Positions 23,121-36,000 of a DNA stretch of 64,000 nt are shown here, in pieces. The stretch lies in assembly GCA_030390025.1 (NCBI GenBank), contig CM059449.1, positions 30,690,001 through 30,754,000 of the forward strand, in the 5' to 3' direction. Below the pieces are notes generated by a model. The model searched no databases. It was not told where the DNA came from and saw nothing but the letters and a program-made list of their open reading frames with translations. Each line of letters starts with the position of its first letter. Position 1 is the stretch's first letter. The DNA is from Squalus acanthias. Its lineage: Eukaryota. The translations under genes and the position numbers were made by a program.

Positions 23121-26100
23121 ATATCATTTAACTGTAGAGTAATTAGTGGGATTGATTTGATTTAATTTAATTTGAATTAATTAAAGGGTAAGTCATGGCA
23201 GGAGAGCTCGGCCCCGTGGTATGCTCCTCCTGCGCTATTTGGGAAATCGGGGACACTTCCTGTGCCCCTGACAACCATGTGTGCAGGAAGTGTATCCAGC
23301 TACAGCTACTGGCAGACCGCATTGCGGCGCTGGAGCTGCGATTGGATACATACTGGACCATTCGCGATGCTGAGGACGTCGTGGATATCACGTTTGAGCA
23401 GTTGGTCACACCGCAGGCAAAGGATGCACAGGCAGAAAGGGAATGGGTGACCAACAGACAGAGTAGTAGGCGCAGGCAGGTAGTGCAGGAGTCCCCTGTG
23501 GACATCCCCCTCTTAAACAGATATACCACTTATACCACTTTGAATACTGTTGGGGGGGATGGCTTATCAGAGGAAGGCAGCAGCAGACAACTTCCTGGCA
23601 CCAGGGGTGGCTCTGTTGCACGGGACGGGAGGAAAAAGAGTGGAAGAGCTATAGTGATAGGGGATTCTATTGTAAGTGGAATAGATAGGCGTTTCTGCGG
23701 CCGCAAACGAGACTCCAGGATGGTGTGTTGCTTCCCTGGTGCAAGGGTCAAGGATGTCTCAGAGCGGCTGCAGAACATTTTGGAAGGGGAGGGTGAACAG
23801 CCAGTTGTCATGGTGCATATAGGTACCAACGATATAGGTAAAAAAGGGGTTGAGGTCCTAAAAGCTGAATATAGGGAGTTAGGAGGTAAATTAAAAAATA
23901 GGACCTCAAAGGTAGTAATCTCAGGATTGCTACCAGTGCCACGTGCTAGTCAGAGTAGAAATAGAAGGATATTTCAGATGAATACGTGGTGAGAGGAATG
24001 GTGCAAGGGGGAGGGATTCAAATTCCTGGGACATTGGAACCAGTTCTGGGGGAGGTGGGACCAGTACAAACCGGACGGATTGTACCTGGGCAGGTCATGG
24101 ACCGATGTCCTAGGGGGAGTGTTTGCTAGTGCTCTGGGGGAGGGTTTAAACTAAAATGGCAGGGGGTTGGGAACCTGAGCAGGGAGACAGAGGAAAGGGA
24201 AACAAGGATAAAAGCAAAAGATAGGAAGGAGAAAAACAAAAGTGGCAGTGAGAGAAATCAACGGTTTAAATCAAACATGGCTACAGTAAATAATAATTCT
24301 GATAGGTCTAAGAGCGTTCAAAAAACAAGCCTGAAGGCTTTGTGTCTTAATGCAAGGAGCATTCGGAATAAGGTGGATGAATTAGCTGCGCAAATAGAGG
24401 TAAACGAATATGATTTGATTGGGATTACGGAAACATGGCTCCAGGGTGGCCAAGGCTGGGAACTCAACATCCAGGGGTATTCAATATTCAGGAAAGATAG
24501 GCAAAAAGGAAAGGGAGGTGGCGTAGCATTGCTGGTTAAAGAGGGGATTAATACAATTGTAAGGAAGGATATTAGCTCTGATGATGTGGAATCTGTATGG
24601 GTAGAACTGAGAAATACCAAGGAGTAGAAAACGTTTGTGGGAGTGGTATATAGACCTTCAAACAGTAATGCTGAGGTTGGGGATGGCATTAAAAGGGAAA
24701 TTAGAGAAGCGTGCAATAAGGGCACAGCAGTCATCATGGGTGACTTTAATCTACATATAGATTGGGCTAACCAAATTAGTAACGATACTGTGGAGGAGGA
24801 ATTCCTGGAGTGTTTACGGGATGGTTTCCTGGACCAATATGTCGAGGAACCAACCAGAGATCAGGCCATCTTAGTCTGGGTATTATGTAATGAGAAAGGA
24901 TTAATTAGCAATCTCGTTGTACGAGGCCCCTTGGGTCGGAGCGATCATAATATGATAGAATTCTTCATTAAGATGGAGAGTGAAGTAGTTGACTCAGAGA
25001 CTAGGGTCCGGAATTTAAATAAAGGAAACTACGATGGTATGAGGAGCGAGTTGGGTAGGATTGATTGGGGAATGTCACTCAAAGGGTTGACGGTGGATAG
25101 GCAATGTCAAACATTTAAAGACCGCATTCATGAACTACAGAATTTGTTCATCCCAGTTTGGCATAAGAATAAAACAAGAAAGGTGACTCAACCGTGGCTA
25201 ACAAGCGAAATTAGGGATAGCATAAGATCCAACGAGAGGACATATAAATTGGCCAGAAAAAGCAGTAAACCTGAGGATTGGGAGCAGTTTAGGATTCAAC
25301 AAGGGAGGACAAAGGGATTAATTAAGAAGGGGAAATAGAATATGAGAGGAAGCTTTCAGGGAACATAAAAACTGACTGTAAAAGCTTTTATAGATATGTG
25401 AAGAGAAAAAGATTGGTGAAGTCAAGCGTAGGTCCCTTGCAGTCAGAATCAGGGAAACTTATAATGGGGAACAAAGAAATGGCAGACCAATTAAATACAT
25501 ATTTTGGTTCTGTCTTCACAAAGGAGGACACAAATAACCTCCCAGAAATGTTGGGGAACATAGGGTCTGATGAAAGGGAGGAACTGAAAGAAATCAGTAT
25601 TTGTAGGGGAATGGTGTTAGGGAAATTGGCGGGATTGAAGGCCGATAAATCCCCAGGGCCTGATAATCTACATCCTAGGGTACTTAAGGAAGTGGCCCTA
25701 GAAATAGTAGATGCATTGCTGATCATCTTCCAACATTCGATGGAATCTGGAACAATACCCATGGATTGGAGGGTAGCTAATGTTACCCCACTATTCAAAA
25801 ATGATGGTAGAGAGAAAATAGGGAATTACAGACCGGTAAGCCTGACATTGGTAGTGGGGAAAATGCTAGAGTCCATTATAAAAGGTGTAATAACAGAGCA
25901 CTTGGAAAACAGTGACAGGATCGGACAAAGTCAACATGGATTTACAAAAGGTAAATCGTGCTTGACTAATCTACTGGAATTTTTTGAGGATGTAACTGGT
26001 AAAATAGATAAGGGAGAACCAGTGGATGTGGTGTATTTGGACTTTCAAAAGGCTTTCGATAAGGTCCCGCATAAGAGATTAGCGTGTAAAGTTAAGGCAC

Positions 26101-27280
26101 ATGGGATTGGGGGCAAGGTATTGACTTGGATAGAGAACTGGTTGGCAGACAGAAAGCAAAGAGTTGGAATAAACGGATCTTTTTCCGAGTGGCAGGCAGT
26201 GACTAGTGGGGTACCGCAGGGATCGGTCCTTGGACCCCAGCTATTCACAATATATATTAATGATCTAGACAAGGGAACTTGATGTAATATCTCCAAGTTT
26301 GCAGACGACACAAAGCTGGGTGGGCGTGTGTGCTGTGAGGAGGATGCCGAGAAACTCCAGGATGATTTGGACAGGTTGGGTGATTGGGCAGAAGCATGGC
26401 AGATGCAATATAACGTGGATAAATGCGAGGTTATCCACTTTGGTGTCAAAAACAGGAAGGCAGATTATTATCTGAATGGCAATAGATTGGGAGAAGGGGA
26501 AGTGCAACGAGACCTGGGTGTCCTTGTGCACCAGTCGCTGAAGGTAAGCATGCAGGTGCAGCAGGCGGTTAAGAAGGCAAATGGTATGTTGGCCTTCGTA
26601 GCGAGAGGGTTTGAGTACAGGAGCAAGGATGTCTTGCTGCAGTTGTACAGGGCCTTGGTGAGACCACATCTTGAGTATTGTGTGCAATTTTGGTCACCTT
26701 ATCTGAGGAAGGAGGTTCTTGCCATGGAAGGAGTTCAGCGAAGATTCACCAGACTGATACCTGGGATGGCAGGAATGACGTATGAGGAGAGATTGGGTCG
26801 ATTGGGCTTATAATCGCTGGAGTTTAGAAGAATGAGAGGGGATCTCATTGAAACTTGTAAAATTCTGACAGGACTGGACAGACTAGATGCAGGAAGGATG
26901 TTCCCGATGGCGGGGTAGTCCAGAACCAGGGGTCACAGTCTAAGGATAAGGGTGAGTTGGTCCAACGCCGGCATCTCCACATGATAAGGATAAGGGGTAA
27001 GCCATTTAGGACAGAAATGAGGAGGAATTTCTTCACCCAGAGAGTGGTGAACCTGTGGAATTCTCTACCACAGAAGGCAGTAGAGGCCAATTCATTAATA
27101 TATTCAAGAAGGAGTTGGATATATTTCTTAAGGCTAAAGGGATCAAGGGATATGGGGAGAAAGCAGGGACAGAGTTCTGAATTTGGATGATCAGCGATGA
27201 TCTCATTAAATGGCGGAGCGGGCTCGAGGGGCGAAATGGCCTAGTCCTGCTCCTATCGTCTATGTTTCTATGTTTCTATG
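23121..27280 (+). mobile_element. Near full-length but defective CR1 LINE (family A): ORF1 zinc finger + SGNH esterase, ORF2 APE endonuclease + RT
   Basis: ORF1 from 23195 (CSSC..CRKC, coiled coil, IVIGDSIV, HIGTND). ORF2 motifs [28 protein letters not shown] and [10 protein letters not shown]. Stops at 23990, 24625, 26280 and 26811, frameshift near 25335; (TTTCTATG)n tail; TGGT on both flanks. Confidence 0.95.
26953..26984 (+). mobile_element. 32 nt tail-only footprint of the Penelope-like element
   Basis: TGAGTTGGTCCAACGCCGGCATCTCCACATGA between two copies of TAAGGATAAGGG (26941-26952 and 26985-26996); absent from sister CR1 copies (e.g. ~31912); 21/23 match to the reverse complement of 38198-38220. 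Confidence 0.85.
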
Positions 27281-27709
27281 TGGTGCAAAAATGTCGCCGA
27301 CAAAAAAAGGCAGGAAGCGGTCGCCTTTAAATAGCGCTCCCCTAGTCCCTTCCCGACTGCAAAACGCTCCCCTCAACCTGTCGTTGTTAGCGGCAGGCGG
27401 AAAGGCAGGGGGCGCCACTCAATATGCGGTCCGGGGCGTTGCGCGCTCGACTGACGTCATGATCTGTGGGCGCAGGAGATCGTGGCGGTAGTGTTTAGCG
27501 CCGCCGCAAAATGTCTGGTCAAATTCGCGAGTGGCGCAAACATCGCCGCGCCCGAGCGCTAGTTGCTTTGCGCCCCATTAGTAGCCTCTTAGGGCGCTAA
27601 CAGGAGGCGCAAACCGACCGAATTTTCCCCCCACTGACTTTAGGACCTATGGTTCTCAAAGCTCTCCACCACTGGGGTTTTCCTCACCTCATGTCTAGCT
27701 GTTAAAGAA

Positions 27710-30700
27710 AGAAATAAACAATTGCATTCATATGTCGCATTTCACAGTCGCAGGAGGTCACTTCTGAAGTGTAATCACTGTTATAACATAGGCAACACAG
27801 CAGCCAATTTTATGCATAGCAAGATGCCACAAACAGCAATGAGATAATGATCAGATAATTTGTTTTAGTGATATTGGTTGAGGAACGATGATTGGCCACG
27901 ACATAGGGAGAACTCTCAAGCTCCTTTTAGAAATAGTGCCATGGGATATTTTATGTCCACCTGAGAGGGCAGACGGCCTCAGTTTAACGTCTCATCAGAA
28001 AGTTCTCACCACCGACAGTGTAGCGCTCCCTCAGTACTGCCCCTCTGACAGTGCAGCGCTCCCTCAGTACTGCCCCTCCGACAGTGCAGCGCTCCCTCAG
28101 TACTGCCCCTCCGACAGTGCAGCGCTCCCTCAATACTGCCCCTCTGACAGTGCAGCGCTCCCTCAGTACTGCCCCTCCAACAGTGTAGCGCTCCCTCAGT
28201 ACTGCCCCTCCGACAGTGCAGCCCTCCCTCAGTACTGCCCCTCCGACAGTGTAGCGCTCCCTCAGTACTGCCCCTCCGACAGTGCAGCGCTCCCTCAGTA
28301 CTGGCCCTCTGACAGTGCAGCACTCCCTCAGTACTGCCCCTCCAACAGTGTAGCGCTCCCTCAGTACTGCCCCTCCGACAATGCAGCGCTCCCTCAATAC
28401 TGCTCCTCTGACAGTGTAACGCTCCCTCAGTACTGCCCCTCTGACAGTGCAGCGCTCCCTCAGTACTGGCCCTCTGACAGTGCAGCACTCCCTCAGTACT
28501 GCCCCTCCAACAGTGTAGCGCTCCCTCAGTACTGCCCCTCTGACAATGCAGCGCTCCCTCAATACTGCTCCTCTGACAGTGCAGCACTCCCTCAGTACTG
28601 CTCCTCTGACAGTGCAGCACTCCCTCAGTACTGCTCCCTCCGACAGTGCAGCACTCCCTCAGTACTGCCCCTCCGACAGTGCAGCTCACCCTCAGTACTG
28701 CCCCTCCGACAGTGCAGCGCTCCCTCAGTACTGCCCCTCCGACAGTGCAGCTCACCCTCAGTACTGCCCCTCCGACAGTGCAGCGCTCCCTCAGTACTGC
28801 CCCTCCGACAGTGCAGCGCTCCCTCAGTACTGCCCCTCCGACAGTGCAGCGCTCCCTCAGTACTGCCCCTCCGACAGAGCATCGCTCCCTCAGTACTGCT
28901 CCCTCCGACAGTGCAGCACTCCCTCAGTACTGCCCCTCCGACAGTGTAGCGCTCCCTCAGCACTGCCCCTCCGACAGTGCAGCGCTGCCTCAATACTGCC
29001 CCTCCGACAATGCAGTGCTGCCTCAGTACCGCCCCTCTGACAGTGCAGTGCTGCCTCAGTACTGCCCCACCGACAGTGCAGCACTCCCTCAGTATTGCCC
29101 CTCCAACAGTGCAGCACTCTCTCAGCACTGCCCCTCCGACAGTGCAGCGCTCCCTCAGTACTGCCCCTCCGACAGTGTAGCGCTCCCTCAGTACTGCCCC
29201 TCCGACAGTGCAGCACTCCCTCAGTACTGCCCCTCCAACAGAGCAGCACTCCCTCAGTACTGCCCCTCCGACAGAGCAGCACTCCCTCAGTACTGCCCCT
29301 CCGACAGTGCAGCTCTCCCTCAGTACTGCCCCTCCGACAGAGCAGCACTCCCTCAGTACTGCCCCTCCGACAGTGCAGCTCTCCCTCAGTACTGCCCCTC
29401 CGACAGAGCAGCACTCCCTCAGTACTGCCCCTCCGACAGTGCAGCGCTCCCTCAGTACTGCCCCTCCGACAGTGCAGCTCTCCCTCAGTACTGCCCCTCC
29501 GACAGAGCAGCACTCCCTCAGTACTGCCCCTCCGACAGTGCAGCTCACCCTCAGTACTGCCCCTCCGACAGAGCATCGCTCCCTCAGTACTGCCCCTCCG
29601 ACAGTGCAGCACTCCCTCAGTACTGCCCCTCCGACAGTGCAGCTCTCCCTCAGTACTGCCCCTCCGACAGTGCAACTCTCCCTCAGTACTGCCCCTCCGA
29701 CAGTGCAGCTCACCCTCAGTACTGCCCCTCCGACAGAGCATCGCTCCCTCAGTACTGCTCCCTCCGACAGTGCAGCGCTCCCTCAGTACTGCCCCTCCAA
29801 CAGTGCAGCGCTCCCTCAGTACTGCCCCTCCGACAGTGCAGCTCACCCTCAGTACTGCCCCTCCGACAGAGCATCGCTCCCTCAGTACTGCCCCTCCGAC
29901 AGTGCAGCACTCCCTCAGTACTGCCCCTCCGACAGTGCAGCACTCCCTCAGTACTGCCCCTCCGACAGTGCAGCGCTCCCTCAGTACTGCCCCTCCGACA
30001 GTGTAGCGCTCCCTCAGCACTGCCCCTCCGACAGTGCAGCGCTGCCTCAATACTGCCCCTCCGACAATGCAGTGCTGCCTCAGTACCGCCCCTCTGACAG
30101 TGCAGTGCTGCCTCAGTACTGCCCCACCGACAGTGCAGCACTCCCTCAGTATTGCCCCTCCAACAGTGCAGCACTCTCTCAGCACTGCCCCTCCGACAGT
30201 GCAGCGCTCCCTCAGTACTGCCCCTCCGACAGTGTAGCGCTCCCTCAGTACTGTGTCTCCGACAGTGCAGCACTCCCTCAGTACTGCCCCTCCAACAGAG
30301 CAGCACTCCCTCAGTACTGCCCCTCCGACAGAGCAGCACTCCCTCAGTACTGCCCCTCCGACAGTGCAGCTCTCCCTCAGTACTGCCCCTCCGACAGTGC
30401 AGCTCTCCCTCAGTACTGCCCCTCCGACAGTGCAGCTCTCCCTCAGTACTGCCCCTCCGACAGTGCAGCTCTCCCTCAGTACTGCCCCTCCGACAGTGCA
30501 ACTCTCCCTCAGTACTGCCCCTCCGACAGTGCAGCGCTCCCTCAGTACTGCCCCTCCAACAGTGTAGCGCTCCCTCAGTACTGCCCCTCCGACAGTGCAG
30601 CGCTCCCTCAGTACTGCCCCTCCAACAGTGTAGCGCTCCCTCAGTACTGCCCCTCCGACAGTGCAGCGCTCCCTTAGTACTGCACTGCAGTTTCAGCCTA

Positions 30701-30760
30701 GATTTTGTCCTTAAGTCTCCGGAGTGGGACTTGAATCTACGAGCTTCTGACCTCTGACTT
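27710..30760 (-). repeat. Deu-type SINE with a 2.7 kb internal 33 bp minisatellite (28012-30690)
   Basis: SINE tail and body 27710-28011, tandem array, then tRNA-like head 30690-30760 on the - strand; internal 1057 bp duplication (28977 vs 30034). Confidence 0.93.
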
Positions 30761-31289
30761 GTAGACTATCTGATAATAGATTTATTTCCATGATTAGTCA
30801 ACAACTCCATGTAGCATGTGACTACCAGAATGGTAGAAGGCGAACTCGATGGACCTTGGTCTCTTTTCATCCAGCAATTCCTATATTCCTCCCTTCCTTC
30901 GTTGTGTGGCCTGGGTTAGATGGGAAAGTTGTACAAGGTTCTTGCTTCGAACCGTTATACAGGAATCAGACCTTTGCTGAACGTGCTGGTGGTGATGACC
31001 TGCCCTCCTCTCAAATAACCTGCCAACACTAGCATTGTCGGCCACTTCGAATAGTCACTGGAGGGCGGCCAGCACCTTTGAATCACTTCACAACAGGGAG
31101 TCAGTGCCTTCAGATTATATTTGACCAATCAGGTGACTGACACATGTGGACACCAAACCTCGTCCCCAAACTAAGTGACTGAGAAATCCACACGGGTTGA
31201 GTATCTGCTTGCCAAATATGGAGTCTGCACTCTTTCCCTGCAAGGACAGCTGTCACTTACCCAAGTCCAGAGAGATTTGGTGCTGGCTA

Positions 31290-32350
31290 CATAGAATGAC
31301 ATAGAATGTACAGCACAGAAACAGGCCGTTTGGCCCAACTGCTCTCTGCCGGTGTTTTATGTTCCACACGAGCCTCCTCCCACTCTCAGCCTATCAACAT
31401 ATCCTTCTATTCCTTTCTCTCTCATGTGTTTATCCAGCTTCCCCTTAAATGCATCTATGCTCCTTGCCTCAACCACTCCCTGTGGGAGCGAGTTCCACAT
31501 TCTCACCACTCTCTGGGTAAAGAGGTTTCTCCTAAATTCCTTGTTGGATTTATTAGTGACGATTTTATATTCATGGCCTCAAGTTCTGGACTCCCCCAGA
31601 AGTGGAAACGTCTACCCTATCAAAACACTTCAAAATTTTAAAGCCCTCTATCAGGTCACCCCTCAGCCTTATCTGAGGAAGGATGTTCTTGCCATGGAGG
31701 GAGTGCAGCGAAGATTCACCAGACTGATACCTGGGATGGCAGGAATGACGTATGAAGAGAGATTGGGTCGATTGGGCTTGTATTCGCTCGAGTTTCGAAG
31801 AATGAGAGGGGATCTCATTGAAACTTATAAAATTCTAACAGGACTAGACAGACTCGATGCAGGAAGGATGTTCCCGATGGCCAGGGGAGTCCAGAACCAG
31901 GGGTCACAGTCTAAGGATAAGGGGTAAGCCATTTACAACTGAGATGAGGAGGAATTTCTTCACCCAGAGAGTGGTGAACCTGTGGAATTCTCTACCACAG
32001 AAGGCAGTTGAGGCCAATTCATTAAATAGATTCAAGAAGGAGTTGGATATATTTCTTAAGGCTAAAGGGATCAAGGGATATGGGGAGAAAGCAGGGACAG
32101 GATACTGAATTTGGATGATCAGCCATGATCTCATTAAATGGCGGAGCAGGCTCGAGGGGCCGAATGGCCTACTCCTGCTCCTATCTTCTATGTTTCTATG
32201 TCTTCTCTTTTCTAGAGAAAAGAGCCCCAGCCTGTTCAGCCTTTCCTGATTTGTATAACCTCTCATTTCTGATATCATTCTAGTAAATCTTTTTTTGCAC
32301 CTTCTCCTGTGCCTCGATAATATAATTTTTATAACATGAGACCAGAACTG
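31290..32350. mobile_element. Minus-strand CR1 3' part with a + strand CR1 family A fragment (31671-32200) nested inside
   Basis: CCTCAGCCTT (31670) resumes as TCTTCTCTTTTCTAG (32201); the inserted piece encodes YLRKDVLAMEG..GYGEKAGTGY and ends TTTCTATG. Confidence 0.85.
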
Positions 32351-32814
32351 TGGTTGACAGAGCTAAGGCTTAGGGAGCCCCAGGTCTGTGCAGGAAGACT
32401 GGTGGATCTTAACCAGCTAAAGCCACACAGTCTACCAACACTGAGCACTGGTAAGCTTCCTATTGCTTGGCCAGCCAGGGCAATCTCACCAGTTAAGCTC
32501 TTGGTCTGATTGGGAAGAATGGCCATCCCCTGTGACAGGTCTACTCTTGGATCAGTGACCAGGCTGGCTGGGCGATGACCAACAGGGCCTGGAGTGCGAT
32601 GGACACCCTGGTTCAGTTATCGGGTTACCGAGTCTGCCACTTGGTAACCAGCTTCCACCACTAGGTTGTCCTCTTGGAGCCACCTCGACCCAAAGAGGCC
32701 CCACTGACCTCACCCCGAGCCATAGTCACGAGCTGATGGTTAGACAACTGATTAACCTGGCCATGAGCTCTTGGGAGGTGAGGATTGGAGCAATTTGGTG
32801 AGCTGAACAGATGG

Positions 32815-33090
32815 ATGTAAAAGACCCACGGCACTATTCGAAGTAGAGCAGGGGAGCTCTTGCTGGTGTCCTGGGCCCATATTTATCCCTCAACCAACAT
32901 CACTAAAACAGATTATCTGGTCATTATTACATTGCTGTTTGTGCGATCTTGCTGTGCACAAAATTAGCTGCTGCATTTCCTACATTACAAGAGGGACTGC
33001 ACTTCAAAAGTACTTCATTGATTGTAAAGCGCTTTGGGATGTCCTGAGGTCATGAAAGGCTCCATATAAATGCAAATCTTTCTTTCTCTT
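32815..33090 (+). mobile_element. Deu-type SINE 3' half
   Basis: Matches 6770-7040 (GATGTAAAAGACCCACGGCACTATT ... GTCCTGAGGTCATGAAAGGC). Confidence 0.8.
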
Positions 33091-36000
33091 TTTTTTCTTT
33101 CAAAAGCATATTCCTACCTCCCTTGTAAATGTTTCACTGTGTTACACTGAGGATAAGCCCCTTCAATTGCTCATATAGCACAATTAGTACATGGACTGCC
33201 CAATCTAGAACTAAGACATACAGACCAGAGGGTCCCAGGTTCAACCCCGGGCCTGCCCTGAGGCAGGGGGTTTGAACTGGCCAGCCAGCCTTGTTCTTAA
33301 ATGGAGAATGCACAACAGGGCATGTTAGAATGGTGGCACAGAGAGGGTTACTCCACAGAAGGAGGCCCATTGTGTCCGTGCTCCTTGTTCTGCGTCAATC
33401 CCACTGCCCTGCTTTCTCCCCATAGTCCTGTATCAATCCCAAACTAATCCCACTGCCCCACTCTCTCCCCATAGTCCTGTATCAATCCCAAACTAATCCC
33501 ACTGCCCTGCTCTCTCCCCATAGCCCTGTATCAATCCCAAACTAATCCCACTGCCCCGCTCTCTCCATAGCCCTGTATCAATCCCCAACTAATCCCACTG
33601 CCCCACTCTCTCCCCATAGTCCTGTATCAATCCCACACTAATCCCACTGCCCCACTCTCTCCATAGCCCTGTATCAATCCCAAACTAATCCCACTGCCCA
33701 ACTCTCTCCACAGCTCTGTACTAATCCCACTGCCCCACTTTCTCTCCACAGCCCTGTATCAATCCCACACTAATCCTACTGCCCCACTCTCTCCACAGCC
33801 CTGTATCAATCCCAAACTAATCCCACTGCCCCAATCCCTCCACAGCCCTGTATCAATCCCAAACTAATCCCACTGCCCCACACTCTCCCCATAGTCCTGT
33901 ATCAATCCCACACTAATCCCACTGCCCCACTCTCTCCACAGCCCTGTATCAATCCCAAAATAATCCCACTGCCCCACGCTCTCCCCATAGTCCTGTATCA
34001 ATCCCACACTAATCCCACTGCCCCACTCTCTCCACAGCCCTGTATCAATCCCAAAATAATCCCACTGCCCCACTCTCTCCCCATAGTCCTGTATCAATCC
34101 CACACTAATCCCACTGCCCCATTCCCTCCACAGCCCTGTATCAATCCCAAACTAATCCCACTGCCCCAATCCCTCCACAGCCCTGTATCAATCCCAAACT
34201 AATCCCACTGCCCCACACTCTCCCCATAGTCCTGTATCAATCCCACACTAATCCCACTGCCCCACTCTCTCCACAGCCCTGTATCAATCCCAAAATAATC
34301 CCACTGCCCCACGCTCTCCCCATAGTCCTGTATCAATCCCACACTAATCCCACTGCCCCACTCTCTCCACAGCCCTGTATCAATCCCAAAATAATCCCAC
34401 TGTCCCTCTCTCTCCCCATAGTCCTGTATCAATCCCACACTAATCCCACTGCCCCAATCTCTCCATAGTCCAGTATCAATCCCACACTAATCCCACTGCC
34501 CCACTTTCTCCCCACAGCCCTGTATCAATCCCACACTAATCCTACTGCTCCACTCTCTCCCCATAGCCCGGTATCAATCCCAAACTAATCCCACTGCCCC
34601 ACTCTCTCCACAGCCCTGTATCAATCCCAAACTAATCCCACTGCCTCACTCTCTCCCCATAATCCTGTATCAATCCCACACTAATCCCACTGCCCCATTC
34701 CCTCCACAGCCCTGTATCAATCCCACACTAATCCCACTGCCCCGCTCTCTCTCCACAGCCCTGTATCAATCCCACACTAATCCCACTGCCCCACTCTCTC
34801 CCCATAGTCCTGTATCAATCCCACACTAATCCCACTGCCCCACTCTCTCCACAGCCCTGTATCAATCCCACACTAATCCCACTGCCCCACTCTCTCCCCA
34901 TAGTCCTGTATCAATCCCACACTAATCCCACTGCCCCACTCTCGTCCATAGTCCGGTATCAATCCCAAACTAATCCCACTGCCCCACTCTCTCCACAGCC
35001 CTGTATCAATCCCAAACTAATCCCACTGCCCCACTCTCTCCCCATAGTCCTGTATCAATCCCACACTAATCCCACTGCCCCATTCCCTCCACAGCCCTGT
35101 ATCAATCCCATACTAATCCCACTGCCCCACTCTCTCCACAGCCATGTATCAATCCCAAACTAATCCCACTGTCCCTCTCTCTCCCCATAGTCCTGTATCA
35201 ATCCCACACTAATCCCACTGCCCCACTCTCTCCACAGCCCTGTATCAATCCCACACTAATCCCACTGCCCCACTTTCTCCCCACAGCCCTGTATCAATCC
35301 CACACTAATCCTACTGCTCCACTCTCTTCCCATAGCCCGGTATCAATCCCAAACTAATCCCACTGCCTCACTCTCTCCCCTAGTCCTGTATCAATCCCAC
35401 ACTAATCCCACTGCCCCATTCCCTCCACAGCCCTGTATCAATCACAAACTAATCCCACTGCCCCACTCTCCCCACAGCCCTGTATCAATCCCACACTAAT
35501 CCCACTGCCCCACTCTCTCCCCATAGTCCTGTATCAATCCCACACTAATCCCACTGCCCCACTCTCGTCCATAGTCCGGTATCAATCCCACACTAATCCC
35601 ACTGCCCCACTCTTTCCACAGCCCTGTATCAATCCCAAACTAATCCCACTGCCCCACTCTCTCCCCATAGTCCTGTATCAATCCCACACTAATCCCACTG
35701 CCCCACTCTCTCCACAGCCCTGTATCAATCCCAAACTAATCCCACTGCCCCACTCTCTCCCCACAGCCCTGTATCAATCCCACACTAATCCCACTGCCCC
35801 ACTCTCTCCACAGCCCTGTATCAATCCCACACTAATCCCACTGCCCCACTTTCTCCCCACAGCCCTGTATCAATCCCACACTAATCCTACTGCCCCACTC
35901 TCTCCACAGCCCTGTATCAATCCCAAACTAATCTCACTGCCCCACTCTCTCCCCATAGTCATCTATCAATCCCACACTAATCCCACTGCCCCATTCCCTC

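Larger units (their letters stand above)
22588..27632. mobile_element. MITE (same family as 15012-15904), split into 22588-23120 and 27281-27632
   Basis: TIRs GGGGGAGAAATTC ... GAATTTTCCCCCC; the two halves together reproduce the reverse complement of the 15012-15904 element. Confidence 0.85.

Noticed and set aside
23195-23992. Host SGNH esterase gene
   Set aside because: It is CR1 ORF1, directly followed by APE-RT ORF2 and the CR1 tail.
27888-30757. Mucin-like or Cys-rich 11-aa repeat ORFs (also 4807-6747 and 10298-12357)
   Set aside because: A 33 bp unit is a multiple of three and open in several frames on both strands; it lies inside SINEs.
30875-31032. Candidate terminal or transmembrane exon (AIPIFLPSFVVWPGL...) after a good acceptor, in phase with exon 4
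   Set aside because: The hydrophobic stretch is short and proline-broken, lacks a basic stop-transfer cluster, and the acceptor appears to lie in a LINE 3' end remnant. Only cDNA evidence could rescue it.
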